A stretch of 64,000 nt of DNA from Camelus ferus. Lineage: Eukaryota. Shown piece after piece: positions 12,101 to 24,599 of the stretch (the stretch's first letter is position 1; every line of letters begins with the position of its first letter). The notes below the pieces were generated by a model that was not told the origin of the DNA, made no database searches, and worked only from the letters and a program-made list of their open reading frames with translations. A program made the position numbers and the translations under genes. The stretch spans positions 28,894,001 through 28,958,000 of the forward strand of contig NC_045706.1 of assembly GCF_009834535.1 (NCBI RefSeq), written 5' to 3'.

Positions 12101-13621
12101 CGTGTCATTTAACTCCGCTGTTACTCCTGTCAAAAACGCAGTGGTGTCCAAAGTCTGAGGCTGTAAATTTGCAGTGCTGTCCCTTGCAGCACCTGACTGT
12201 GAGCCTGGGGAATACAAATTCTGTTTATTGGTAGGTAACAGCTTTATCACAATATGTTGTTTTCCATCCACCATCTTGAAGCCCATAAACTTAGCACTGT
12301 AGTTAGCAGGAATTGTTATTCTATTATTTTTCACCATTAACACTGTAGGTCCTTGTACAGCAGTCTTTAAGAACCCTGAAGTAGAATTTGATCCCTCTTC
12401 GGCTCTGTTACACTGCCCAGGAGACAGAAGAGTTGGCTTTTCTGACTCTGACTCAGCAGGTTTATCGTTATTCTCACAGTATAGTCTTTCACCCTTTTCA
12501 TTATCTAAATGTTCTTGAACAAGATGGCTCTGGTCTTCAGATTTAGCCTGTGTTTTGTTCACCTTTTTAAGCACTTGAGTGTTTTTTTCTATACTTCTGT
12601 CACTTCCATTGTTGATTCTCTTACGTTTCCAGAATGTCTTCCTTGATGCACCTATTTTGTATCTTTTCAGTATTAGCTTAAGTCCTGCTGAAGTCTTTGC
12701 CATCCTTTTTTCATATATGTCTTTTTCCAGTTTTTCTTTTGCATATAAATGTTCTTTGTGCAAAGTTATAACATGCCTTACAAGGTACTCTCTCCTGATA
12801 GCACCATAGCTACAATATTGACAAGTGAAGGGAAATGTTCCAGAGTGAATATGAAGGTGCTTCTGAAGGTCTCCTTTGGTTAAACAGATATAATGGCATT
12901 TATCACATTTATAAAGGATTTCATTATGTCTGTGAAGGTGCTGGACAAATGTGCCAACATCCTGGGTGGAGAACTCACATTTTTCACATTGAAAACTACC
13001 ATTTACACAATGTGTGGATGAAAAATGCTTTGTCAAGTCTAATAAAGTATATAAATTCTCATTGTTACAAATGCCACATTTTACTAAAGTGATTCTATGA
13101 GTTCGTCTGTGTTGTTTAAATACCTGGAAGTCATTTGCTGAAAAACTGCACATTTCACAAGGATATGAAGGTAATTCACCATGGTGCCACATTTGAAAGT
13201 GTTTCTGCAAATCATTCGGGCTATATCGAGTGCTATCTCGGCACTTTAAACAGTTGAAATTGAGTATTTTTGCAGACATTTTTATACCCTCTTCTTCAAC
13301 TCTCTCAGACTTATGGAGCAATATACATTCATCTACACAGCTTACAGTCTTTAAATTGACAGATTTTCTTGCAGTCTGCGGTTTACACTGAAATAATTTT
13401 CTGTATTTGTCAACGTCATGTTTCAATAGAATTTCATTTGGAATATTTATCTTCGGCAAAATAATTTTCACATTTTTTAGTTCATAATGAAAACTACTTT
13501 CTGAAATTTTTGGTTTAAGTACTGATCTGAGAGTATCAACTATTTCATTTTTCATATCACAATCTTTTTTTAAAGTAGTTTGGTTTTCATCAAAAAATAA
13601 ATGTTGCTGTTCAGATGGCAT
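9152..13621 (-). CDS. ZNF518A: Zinc finger protein 518A, 1489 aa, intronless CDS
   Basis: Uninterrupted 4470-nt ORF. Six N-terminal C2H2 fingers (CLKC, CEMC, CGIC, CEKC, CDKC, CQYC with paired His), a long S/K/N-rich middle and one C-terminal finger (CWFC...HGQRH). The termini MPSEQ... and ...TRDWNMLE are recognised as ZNF518A. An in-frame TAA lies 6 nt before the ATG (TAA ATC ATG, A at -3). Confidence 0.96.
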   Translation of the reverse strand: MPSEQQHLFFDENQTTLKKDCDMKNEIVDTLRSVLKPKISESSFHYELKNVKIILPKINIPNEILLKHDVDKYRKLFQCKPQTARKSVNLKTVSCVDECILLHKSERVEEEGIKMSAKILNFNCLKCRDSTRYSPNDLQKHFQMWHHGELPSYPCEMCSFSANDFQVFKQHRRTHRITLVKCGICNNENLYTLLDLTKHFSSTHCVNGSFQCEKCEFSTQDVGTFVQHLHRHNEILYKCDKCHYICLTKGDLQKHLHIHSGTFPFTCQYCSYGAIRREYLVRHVITLHKEHLYAKEKLEKDIYEKRMAKTSAGLKLILKRYKIGASRKTFWKRKRINNGSDRSIEKNTQVLKKVNKTQAKSEDQSHLVQEHLDNEKGERLYCENNDKPAESESEKPTLLSPGQCNRAEEGSNSTSGFLKTAVQGPTVLMVKNNRITIPANYSAKFMGFKMVDGKQHIVIKLLPTNKQNLYSPGSQSGAARDSTANLQPQTLDTTAFLTGVTAELNDTIYMKAATPFLCSSPIISGKGTSEKEMPLLSQTDNLLQTVDDEKSVSSLPTTSELITPSVSLTTKVETRDNVDLWGSHITQCHSEITGTAIESPDKGTCATKPNAYNSGDMHNYCINYVNSELPVDSSNQGSLPFHNYSKVNNSNKRRRFSGTAMCENPPRESSSSKTITQQPISESVLSLVRKESSNPDSLLASISLLNNKDGTLKTQAEIEEQCVLEKGQNIDGQNLFTNENQNLESMTEKPKWGDFSSIESPMMPRITSVFSLQSQQASEFLPPEVNQLLQEVLKAKPDVKQDSGNTPDKGFPLHCDQPFQKHEGEDKIVESSKDLKVQGLFPIPSGSMGINVPTNDLNLKHSGKEKQMLSMSQDVRDSEKTPRISGFGTLLKTQSDAIITQQLVKDKLRATTQNLGSLYVQSPPLNSEPKKAIFVQTPKGFFVPLHIANKPGLHVSGRPLPLVNTQGVPASLLLNKKPGMILTFSNGKLEGVSAVKTESAQASGTTTKDPGRTPFLKVEPNGNCLTPALCSSIGSCLSVKSSSENTLSLKGPYIIKTPAGSSVKAAPTPNVISEHQGTKLNISDSVKQQNKIFPKPPLYTLLPDGKQAVFLKCVMPNKTDLLKPKLVQNSAYYKNIQPKKPEGTPQKILLKIFNPVLNVTAANNLSVSNSASSLQKDNVPSNKTAGGEQKEPESSRDALPFLLDDMMPANEIVITSTATCPESSEEPIRITDHSEARVLRCKTNCTIERGFSRKKTSKKKLSRVKTQVRSKDSEIAFVSRNRSCKRKCRDSYQEPPRKKALHRKCKEKAKPEDVHESFGFSRPRLSKDSVRTLRLFPFSSNQLVKCPRRNQPVVVLNHPDADAPEVVNVMKTIAKFNGRVLKVSLSKRTIDALLKPVCCNPSKTSYDDFSKRHKTFKPVSSVKERFVLKLTLKKMSKNNYQIVKTTSENVLKAKFNCWFCGRVFDNQDAWAGHGQRHLMEATRDWNMLE

Positions 13622-13750
13622 GATTTAACCAAAAAAAAATCCCAATTTCTTTTTTTCTGAAAACACTTGAAGTTACTTGTAATTTAAACAGGAAACAATA
13701 CTCTGTCGTGACATCTTCAAAATAGCAGGATTTTTCCCACATTAACTCAC
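13622..13750 (-). other. ZNF518A: 5' UTR portion of the ZNF518A coding exon
   Basis: Minus-strand acceptor ttctttgtttgattttag|G with AG at 13752-13751, 129 nt upstream of the ATG. Confidence 0.75.
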
Positions 13751-13890
13751 CTAAAATCAAACAAAGAACAAACATTTTCAACACAGAAGTATCAGTAAAT
13801 TTCATATTTTAAGTTCATTTGACACAAAGGAAGAATGTTGATCATATAAAAGATATAAAAGAACTGTTAAGTATTTTAAGAATAGCTTAC

Positions 13891-14014
13891 CAAGAAGTAA
13901 TGGTTTGAAGAAGAAATAACACTAATCTGGATCTCAGGAAATACAAGTTTTACTTTTAGCTCTGCTGTGTGACACTGGGCAAGCTTCAACTTCTCTGCAC
14001 CTCAGTTTCCTCAT
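13891..14014 (-). other. ZNF518A: Predicted 124-nt MIR-derived 5' UTR exon
   Basis: Acceptor ttgtggttttctttag|ATGAGGAAACTGAG and donor TTG|gtaagc. The exon body is antisense MIR core. Confidence 0.55.
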
Positions 14015-14020
14015 CTAAAG
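13920..14020 (+). mobile_element. MIR SINE
   Basis: Core gctgtgtgac..gggcaag..aacttctctgcacctcagtttcctcatct. Confidence 0.8.
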
Positions 14021-14228
14021 AAAACCACAACTGGATAAGCACCTTTTGGATAAGCACCTTTAAGCTCTAAGATTTTTATATTAAATTGATACTATAGTTT
14101 TTAAACAGGATTTTAAAAATCTTAACAAGAGAGCCCTATAAACTTAAGTTCCACTTACAGACACGGTTCCAATTATATACATGTACCATTAACTTTCTCA
14201 ATTGCTTAGTTGACCTTATATCTATTAC

Positions 14229-14316
14229 CTTGTGAGAATGTCAACAGACCTCTCTGCAGATTTCTACTTCCTTAGTGCATAAGGGATAATTTGCTTAAAA
14301 CAAAAGTTTCATTCAT
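14229..14316 (-). other. ZNF518A: Predicted 88-nt 5' UTR exon
   Basis: Acceptor tctttttgttgttgttag|ATG and donor AAG|gtaata. Confidence 0.6.
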
Positions 14317-14549
14317 CTAACAACAACAAAAAGACACTGTCTGCTCGCTCACGTTATCAATACTAACTGTTAAGAACGGAAGAAATTAAAAGGAGTAGCA
14401 CATATTCCTGGGGTGCTCCTAGTCTATCTACTACCGTTCTTGGTTCCCTACCATTTTGGCTATTTGGCTTTTTTTGTTGCTAGAACTTAGACAGATTTTA
14501 GCAAGGAAAGCCCTTAGCAGATTAGAATGACCAGTTTACTATCTGCCTC

Positions 14550-14740
14550 CAATAGTTCAAACACTTACTGGTTTGTGTTACTCTAGACAAGTTTCAATCT
14601 CTGTGTCTTAGTTTCTTCATCTATAAAGTGAAAAAAAAAATTAGTACTTCTCCTACCTCTTTCACAGGGTTGTTGTGAGGATTAAATGACAAACATGTGT
14701 AACGGCATCCTGTACAGCACTATGTAAGTTGTAGCTACCA
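14550..14740 (+). mobile_element. MIR SINE
   Basis: tagtttcttcatctataaagtg...cagggttgttgtgaggattaaatga. Confidence 0.85.
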
Positions 14741-17499
14741 CCATTACTGTATGCGATTACCACATATGAGACATTATGATTCAAGGCACAGAGGAATAGA
14801 AAACAGCACAGTGAAATGTGACAATTCATTGCTAAGAATGGAATCTGAGTACTGAAGGTTCAGTAGTAAAAATATCAAACAGCATATTAGAAGAATCACA
14901 TTTTCTTACTTTCATGGTCTTAAACAGTATACGACTAATAGATATAATTAGGTTAAGCTTAGAAGAAAATAAAGTGTTGATTACATTAAGCTTCATCCAT
15001 AATGTCTATTCAAAAGTCTCTAAATTTCAATTAATCTAAGTAACTAGGAACTTCACTGTTCAAAAAATCCTTTACTAAGGGAATATAACTAAAAGTTAAA
15101 TTATTTTACATTACTATTAAGGGGCCCTTTGAATATTTCTCAAACTTAAAACTTTTGGTTAGGTCTAAAAAACACCTTCTATATTTTTCAAACATATATG
15201 TGCTAACCTGACAATGAATTTATTAGAAGACTTCCAGTTTACTGAAATTTTTTTAATATACCATGCCTAATACAGTAAAAAAAAATTAAATTTTTTACTA
15301 TATCATTTAAAGCTAAATGTAAAAATTTCTTCAAAAGTAAGAAAAACAATAAATGGCTAAAAAAAAGCTCAATGATTCCTGGTGGACACTCCACACCAAC
15401 TGAGAAGATTCTCTACAGAGTATCACATTCTCAACAGTGAAAAGCATCATAATCACCTAGAGCTTTCGCCATACCAGAACCTGGGGTTAGGGCTCAAACA
15501 TGTGAAACTTTTTAAGCACATCGAGTAATGGTTCTTTTGCATTTGCCAGGATACCATATTGCAGTCATTCTGGACTACCCATACCCAAGCTCTTCTATTA
15601 CTACATATGATCAAGAGGAGACTGTATCATAGGTTTCATCACGAAAGGCAAGCTGCTTCTTATAATAATAATACATGTGTCCAAAAATATGTGTAATGCT
15701 AAAAGATGACAGATTTTGATAATATTTCTAAATATCAACAATTTCATATCAAAATATCTATACAATTTAAAACTTTTTTGCAAGAAAACACATATGCTGA
15801 AGTCTGACGATCAGCATGATTTAAATAACTCAATCAACCTAATACCAAAACAAACAAACAAACAAAAAAAACTACTATAAATATGATTGATGCATTTTGA
15901 TGAGTACTGTGGAGAGATTCAAAACCATGGTCCCTACCTTTAATTGCAGCTTGCAATCTAAAGGAAGAGGCAGGACATATACATTAATACAGTGTTTATT
16001 CAGTTGACCATCCAGCAACCTCAAGCTTCTGGTATACAAAAAAAACAGAAAAAAATTAAGTCGGATGCATGGCAGCCAAAACAGATGCCACAAAGTTTAC
16101 CCATTAAAGTGCACACACCCTTTCCTCACTGGCAAAACAATGCTGAAAAAAGAGACCACCTTATTAAGAAATCCACTTAGCTTTTACTTAAGTTTGATAA
16201 CTGCTAAATAATTTATGTTGAATGTCATTATTTTTTATATTTAGTGTATGATGTGTATACGACAGTATCAAGAGAGTTTGTGTATTTTAAGTATCTGGGG
16301 GGTTACCTGCCCTCACATTTTAAGTTTGGAGGATCTCTTTGTCTTCAGCTATGTTCAACCTACTTTATGTGGCAGCAATCAGATTCATGGTAGCAAATTA
16401 TACTAGGGTTGCCACCTATGGGGAAAAATGTATTGTATATTGTAAACAGCTCAGATAATATTAAAAAAAGGAAAGAAATTTTATTATAACTTTAATCTTC
16501 CAAACCTATTAGCTAATCCTCTTTTCACTGTAGACCAGTCTCTACTTCTTACCAATAACGATTACTGATTTTAAATCTCCTATTTAAATTACTACCTCCT
16601 ATCTATGTATTATTACCTCAATAAGACTTGACCACCATCTCCTCAAGCCTTAAATAACAATACTATTTTTTTAAGGTATGATTGGCCCTTTAAAGTAACC
16701 AGAAAAGTTTGCTGCATCAAGAAGGCAACTTTAGTCATTTGATTTTCTCCCTCTCCCAACTGCCCAGTAAACACAAACCAAAATATGTAATTTAGAAAAT
16801 CCTACAAAATGGCAAGAAACACAATTCAATGCACATGCCATACTGTGTTTAGAGAGAAAAAGTCCAGAGAGAGAAGTGTGAAAACAAATGCTGGCCCAGT
16901 CCCAAGCACCACTTTTAAAGAAGGGACATTCATTCAACCAATATTCAATGAATGTATTATCTACCATGCCCTAATTAAGGAAGTAGCAATTCCACCCACT
17001 CCCTCCTCTGAACATACCTTGGGAGAGAAGTAAGGGCTTGACAGGAAGATTGTGTGAAGAAGCCCTTTGGGGTGACAGAAGGCTTGGGCTGAGGTATGGG
17101 AAGAGAATGAATCCAGAGCTTTGAGCTGGGTCCAGAGACCAGACAGAGTTGGGGGTTGCTAGCACCAGCTGTCAGGAGAGAAGTAAAGAGGAAAAGTTAT
17201 TTCTGAACAGAGATACATCTTTCTATATCCATGGCTATCTTCTGTTTTAGAATTCTGTCCTTTCTCCACATAAGTAAACTATTATTTCTAAGCTATCACA
17301 TTAGTGTTCCCCAATCCATCTAACCAAAACAACTGAGAAAATTTGGGTTTATTCTCTAAGAATACATCTCAACTCCCAATGCCATCAAAAAGGATAAGCA
17401 TGCAAAAACATCAGTGGATGCAGCAGCTCAAAAAAGGAAAAATGATCTGAACACTCAGAGAAACCTTTTGCCCATTCTCCCATCCAGCAGTGAAAAACA

Positions 17500-18780
17500 G
17501 TAGCTACAATGAAAGTTACTGCAGGGGGAAAAAAAAGAAAACTTGAAAAAAAAAATCAATAATTATTGGAAATCTCAGTAAGACCTCAGCTAATATACTG
17601 AGAAAAAAGAACATACTGATGTGAAAGAGAGAACAAAGTAAATGGAGGGAGAAATAATGACTTTGAAAACAAGAGAAAAAATTACATTGAGTTGTTTTTT
17701 ATTAAAGGCTTGAATTTTCAAAATCAAAGACTCTCCAAATGCCAGGCAAGATTACTAGTGGGAGAGTATAAAACTCAACATCCATAACTTATCCCAGTAA
17801 AACGTTTGAGTTTAAAAGATAAAAATGAAATGCTACCCAGAAAGGGTGGAGAGGGAGCTACCTAAAAAGATACACACAAAACTAACTTTAATCAGACATC
17901 AACATTAAGTAGACATTTCACTCACAATTCTAAATGCTACAAGACAATGAAATAACATAGAGTTCTGAGGGAGAATAACCCAGGAATTAATTCTACACCC
18001 AGGAAAACTCTCATATATGAGGGGAAAAACACAATTTTAGTATGCAACGATTCAGAGAATATATTACATACGTACACTAGAAAAAAGTTTTAAGTAAATA
18101 CTTCAGTAGAAACCAAATTTCTATAAGAAAAATGAACTAAAAAGAGAAATGTGATATAAAAGAAACAGCTGTCAACAATAAGATCTACAAAAGAGATGTA
18201 AATATTTTGTAAACACAGTTATTAAGAAAGCAGGAAAGACTTGAGAAGAGAAACATCTGCAAAGTGACAAACTGTAAGCAGCCCTTAAAGAAAAATTAAC
18301 AATGGAAAACAGAAGAGGCAACAATGGCAACAAAATTCTAGATGCTGGAAAGCAGATAAGTAAGTAGTAAAATGACCTTGTAGACCCAAGAAAACAATCC
18401 CAGGCAGACAGTGGGGAAAACCAGGAACTAACCCATTTTACACTCTGAATCTTCAAAAGACTTAGGAACTGGCAGCACCAAGTAATTCTGAAATGGGAGG
18501 AAGGGAGGAAGAGGCTAAAATAAAGAGAAATTTGGAGAAAGCTGCTTGAGTTTTGGTTAGATGCTAAGATTCCTTTCCCCACCCCACCGTGCTAAGTGAC
18601 TGCTGTTCCCCCACCACAGCAGAAGTCTGGACCCTTATTCTCTGCAGCAAGTAAAACAGAATCCCAGAAATAGAGGATACCAGACACAGCTGAGAGGATG
18701 GGTACAATACAGAAAGCTAGAGGATTAAATGACCACATACGTAAGAGACACGAACCATCCCCTCCCCCCATATCCCCCTT
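17500..18780 (+). mobile_element. Old degenerate L1/HAL1 ORF1 and 5' fragments
   Basis: A-rich ORF1-like motifs (aaatgctacaagacaatg..agttctgagggagaat). Boundaries are approximate. Confidence 0.5.
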
Positions 18781-20289
18781 CTAGGTTGGCTCCTAGGCTA
18801 AAATGGTGCTACTAAAAATGTGGCCTGCTGATAGTCCATTAACTATTTGCCACCATCCACGACAAGATATGTTCAGAAACTGACAGTAGGCATTTAGAAA
18901 CTATAACAGCAACTTTACAGTGTTAAGTTTACATCTGCTGAATCTAACAATAAAAATTTGGACTTGGGTTTTATATGCCTTCTTTTTAAAATTTCATTTT
19001 CTAGTAATAAAAGCATTATGATATACTAATTATAGAAACACAGGTTGACATAACCTTCACAAAGAACAGTTTGCAGTTATTATACTGTTGCATAAATTAT
19101 TTATTATAAGTATTGTAATCATTTACATAAAATGATATAAACATAAACATAAATACAATCATACCTACATCTACATATAAGCCTGGGGGAAAAGTACATA
19201 ACTTCTGATTCGCTTCTAGAAATCTATCCTAAAGGTAACAATCAGAGATGTTCACAGGAGCATTGTTTACAAAATTACAAAATTAAAAATAACTAGAGGT
19301 CCACCAATAAATAAATTATGGTATTTCTATCCAATAGAATATTATTCAATTTTTAAAACAATATTGTAAAGCCACATTTATTAATAGGAAGATATCTAAG
19401 ACACAGTAAGTGGTGAAAAAAACAAAACAAACAGTAGACATACTAGGATTTAATTTGTTTAACTGTTGATAAATGGATAGAGAATAGATGGACAAACTGA
19501 CACATGGACCCATACAAGTTTTCAGTAAAAAGTCAAGAATACACACATAAAAATGCTTATATTACTGGTTATCCTTAGGTCAGTGTTTCTTAAAATGTTG
19601 TCCTTGGATTACCAGGGCTTCCACACTGGCATACTTTCTTATCATTAGCACAAGCAAATAGCTTACATTTGGACGTAACAAGAAGGACAACCTCTTTGTC
19701 CCTAGACCACATCGTTAAGAAACTTTATCAAAAAGTGGCCTAAAGCCGTGAAACTTGAAATTCTCAAACAAAGTAAGTAACTTTGTGGTAAACCAACTGA
19801 GTTTTTCCTGAACAAACTCAAAATAGTAAACTTGAGCCAGTACAAAATTGATGAATGTAGACACTAAAGGTGCAATTAAACAAAACAGGTATCATGCAAC
19901 GCTGCACTCCTCTTACCAACACACAGGTACCCAATCACACCACCACAGAAAAGACTAACAGCTACAAAGCTAATGGCAAACACAGTACTCAGAGAATGAA
20001 GAACTACACTTTAGGTGTCACTATACTTTATAAATTCACGCTATAAAGAGAAAATTTTTGTTTATTTAACAATTTATTTGAGAGTCATGAGGTTACTGAA
20101 GAAGTAAGTAAAGGGAGCTGGCATCACCGGAATAGCAGTTAAGTGCATTGTTGTTAAGCAAATAAAAAGTTACATGTATTTTATATACAAAACAAGTGGT
20201 ATTCAACTAATAATATGATTCCCAATCTTGGTACATTGATAAAAGAAAGTAAAAATTGTAACATCAATCTAAATTTGATTTTTTTCCTA

Positions 20290-20750
20290 TATACTATACA
20301 AAGAAATAAATAGTTAAGTATTATATTGAACTACACTTGCATTAGGTAAGCATATTATTCTTTAATAAAGTACTGGCTTTCATCTGACAAATTTTATTTA
20401 GAATTTTCTTTTTTGATGCTATCATTAACAGTTTTGGTACTGGTATTATGAAGAATTTATAAATGAATCAGGTGTCTTCCATCATTTCATCTGCTCTGGA
20501 ATAATTCACTAAACATGAGACTTGGCTGCTCTTGAAAATTACATAGACTGTAAAAACACACTATATGGGCCTGGTACCTCTTTAGATTTTTACACAGTAC
20601 AATCTTTGCAAGTTCTTCTATGGTTTCTGGGATCTTTAAGTTTTCTACTGCTTGAGTAACTTTTGGCAATTTATGCTTTCCTTGAAAATAATCAATTTCC
20701 TTCACATTTTCTTAGTATACTCCCATAAACCTTACTTTTAACAATCTATC
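20290..20750 (-). mobile_element. Old L1 ORF2 fragment
   Basis: ORF 20487..20705 (EIDYF..KHKLPKVTQ.VENL..P.TIEE) resembles the ORF2 region upstream of the RT. Confidence 0.7.
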
Positions 20751-21019
20751 TTACAGAAATAAAAGCACAACATATAGATATATAATCAGTATCACTTAAA
20801 TGTCTATGAATAGGAAAATGATAAATTAAATAAAAGAATACCCACATGAAAACATAAAGAAAGAGGTATACGTATTGAATTGACTTAGAAAGATATTGTG
20901 ATTTTTTTTTAGTTTTCAAAAAAAGAAGTTGCAGATTAAGGCACGTAACACATTTTTAAATTAGCAGGGAAGATCCTCATTTTTATGTCAGAAGGAACAA
21001 TCCCATGAGTACATGTTTG

Positions 21020-21315
21020 TACAAACACAGACATAGTAAACAATCTTACGGTTACCGGGGGGAAAGGGAGTGGGAAGGGGTAAGTTGGGAGTTCAAGATT
21101 TGTAAATATTAACTATATATAAAAACAGATAAATTTCTTCTGCACAGGGAACTATATTCAATATCTTGTAGTAACCTTTGATGAAAAAATATGGAAACAA
21201 ATACATGTATGTATATGTATGACTGAAACATTATGCTGTACAACAGAAATTGACACACTGTAACTGACTATACATCAATTTTAAAAATAGATAAAATAAA
21301 AATTTTAAAAAGAAA
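21020..21315 (+). mobile_element. L1 3' UTR fragment with A-rich tail
   Basis: Homologous by eye to the 3' UTR at 1430-1700 but more diverged. Confidence 0.8.
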
Positions 21316-22855
21316 GAAAAGATACCCTCTAAACTACTGATAACAGGTTAATTTTTTTAATGAATGACAGCATGACATGACATAACCAAACCAAACCACA
21401 CCAAACCACAACAAAAAAACCCAAACTAAAACAACAACAGGGAGAGAATCAACTCTCCTAAGTACCCTAATTGAAACCAAGTGGGCAATATCACTACCAC
21501 AAGTCTTTACGGAGTCCTGCCTGTATGTTCCTGCCCTTGAATTCTAGGAAATTCAGTATCCTTAATATAATTCCTGCTTTCAGCTTACACTAGCTTAAAC
21601 TAGCCTAAGCTAATTTTATTACTTAACAACCAAAGGTTCTTACCTAAGATATTAAGTTAATAGAGCCATACTGATTTTGTTTACTTTACAGAAAAATAGG
21701 TTTTGTGATGATCCTTTAAACGAGTAGTGGAACTTAAACATGTAAACAAGGAGCAAAGGTTATCCAGACCATAAAAACAATTTTTTAAATGTTGGAAGAA
21801 CTGTAGGATCTAGATCATACAGAGAATGTATAATCGGAAGGTTAAGTGAAAAAACTATAAAGGACAAATTTGGACTTGAAATGGAAGGTAACAATGAGCC
21901 ACAGTTGTTAGTTCACGAGCAGAGAGTTATAAAAGTAGTATTTTTGATATATTGGAGAAACAGTAAAAAGAGAAGTGAGAAAATTAAGAGGACTAAGTGG
22001 CAATCTAAATAAAAAGTGAGGAATCAGGGAACTGGCAGTGTTAGCATGCATTAGGAACCACAGAGTAGGTACACAGAAATTTTTTAAAAAATGATTCCCA
22101 AAGTAAAATGCCAAGGATAAGGAAGACCATCCCTACAGAGTTGTTTGCTTTCTACAGCAGATTAAAAAGCAAAGACATTCCAGTCTTTAGTGAAAAGGTA
22201 TAAAAAGGAAGAATCTACGTGCTACTCACAACACTCTAGCTGCTTATACATTAGACAAAGAACTAAAAAGCTCCGATTTCAGTTTAGCCCTACTTGTAAC
22301 TCAGCATGTAGCTCAGTAATTTAACTTGCCACGTTACACAGATAGGAAAACTAATTAGTCATTATTTTTCATAACTAGCGCATTCCTTGAGTCATCAAAC
22401 TCTTCTCTGCAGAGCTAACTGAATGCAAAATGTCACATGAATATACAACTGGAGACAGAACAAAGCAGCATGTATAGAAAATGCTTACTGAAAAATATAA
22501 GGTTCTGCCTAAAAGGATCTGGAACACTCAAAAAACCAAAACTCTTATTTTCAAAGCAGAACCTATTTTAGAGATCTCAAAACAATAACTACCATCTTTT
22601 CATGACTTGGAACCATTTGGGCTTACTTTTTTTTTGTAGCTGTTTCAAGTTTTAAAAAGTTTACCCCAGCTAATGCCTATATTTTAGACAAGTAAAAGAA
22701 TAAACTTCGTCTAAATTTATATTGAAAGCCAGCTCTCTTCAAATCATGGTCTAATGAGCAACTTAAACACAGAAAAGTGAAATAAAAAGTTGTTATAATA
22801 AGACAAGTGTAAAACTGGGATTATGATAAATGCTCTAAAAATGTAAATAGTGAAG

Positions 22856-23085
22856 ATACACACTACCATATACAAAAATAGATAAACAAGGACCTACAAG
22901 GTACTATTCTCAGTACCTTATAATAACCTATAATGAAAAAACCTAAAAAAAAATATGTATACATATACACACATATGTACACACATATACATATATATAA
23001 CCAAATCACTTTGCTGTACACCTGAAGCACAGTATTATAAACTATACTTCAATATGAAAAAAATTTTATAATGTAAAAAAAAAGG
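22856..23085 (+). mobile_element. L1 3' end fragment
   Basis: atcactttgctgtacacctgaagc..aactatacttcaat followed by an A tail. Confidence 0.75.
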
Positions 23086-24599
23086 AAAAGTGAAGTTGCA
23101 AATGTGATCAAGTACAGACACAGAAATGCTCAAAATGCTAATATACATGTGAGCCACATACCATTCAGGTGGGCTAGTGACACTGGTGTACAATTATGAA
23201 GGAGCTTAAAACCAAAAGTTAAAATACAGAAGTAGTTCCTGGTTCAGGTGAATCTTATTTCTTATTACTTTCTGAAACTGACTGCTCACTGTACACACAC
23301 ATACACACAATATGTAAGATGCTTTCTGCTCCCCCACATATACCTTTATTTACCTTTGTTCATACTGTGTCCTTTCACCAGGCTTGTCATCCCCTTCTCT
23401 CTCTCAATTCAATTCTGGTCAAACTTCCTTCCTAATTCTACCTCCTGTAGGGCCATGAAACCTTCTCCAACAGACACTAATCTCTCCCTTCTCTGAATAT
23501 CCATTTAAAGGATAGCCATTGCTCATCCCTTTATTATCAACTGTTCTGTAGTTACACCATTTCATTTTTAAGTTTTACCTCCCAACGTAACTTACAAGCT
23601 TCTTAAAGACAAGTTCTATTTTATATTTCTCATTTATCCCTCATAAAAACCAAGAAGATTGTGTACAAAGGGACCTAATAGCTTCTTAATTCAATGATTC
23701 TTTTATTTTCAACTCAAATATGTGACTTCCTATGATTTCAGATTAAATCAGTTTATATCAATGCTACAGATCACAAACTTTTTTGGTGCAATGGAATTAG
23801 ATTTAAAGCACACACACACACAGTCAAAAATCACATTTTTAATATACAGGAATTGAGAGAAAAATCAGAACTAATCTGTCCAAAGTGAAATAAAGACCAC
23901 TGAATTTAACACAGGAAGGAGAAAAATTATTTTCATCTCTTGTTCCTCTCTTCTTCTGCTTGTCATTTTGCTCTGGCAGTAATCTAGGGAGAGTAGGCAG
24001 GTTTTGCGTAAGATTTTAGAACACACGGGCAGAAGGGAGAATCAAAAGATTTGTTATTACTCGATTGGGAGAACATGTATCAACATAAAATCCGTTTCCT
24101 TTCAGCTTGCCAAAATAATAAAGACTTTCAATTTTTCTCTGGCTGGATAAAGCACCTGTCTCTATGGACAGAAAACAAATTCCACTCCCCAGGTTTCACC
24201 ATCTTAGTAAAGGTATCTCCAACTTTTCAAAAGTTCCCTTTACACCACTTCACTTTCATGAAAAGACCTACATTAGAATCTGTTTTCGCTAACCAAGAGA
24301 AATCTAAAGAGGATTTTCACTTTTGTGGAAAAAAGCAATAGGGGAAAATAGCACTCAGCATTTGTTTCACAGCGAACCATTACAGAGGCAGAGCGCACTT
24401 CAAGTAGTGAGTGGTACAGTCAAGCTCCCTCCCCAGAACTACACTCAGCCCCTCAGTATCAAGCTACCACAGCTTTAAACTGTGTCTGTGAGCATCTATG
24501 CTTTATCTTGATTTATTCTGTGCATCTGTTAGCAAGATGTGTCCAAGGCAACTGCTTCTACGTTTTACACTATTTTGGCTTACAACGTTTCATAGAAAT

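Noticed and set aside
9589..13092. Short antisense and alternative-frame ORFs inside ZNF518A
   Set aside because: Shadows of the long CDS with no independent coding signal.
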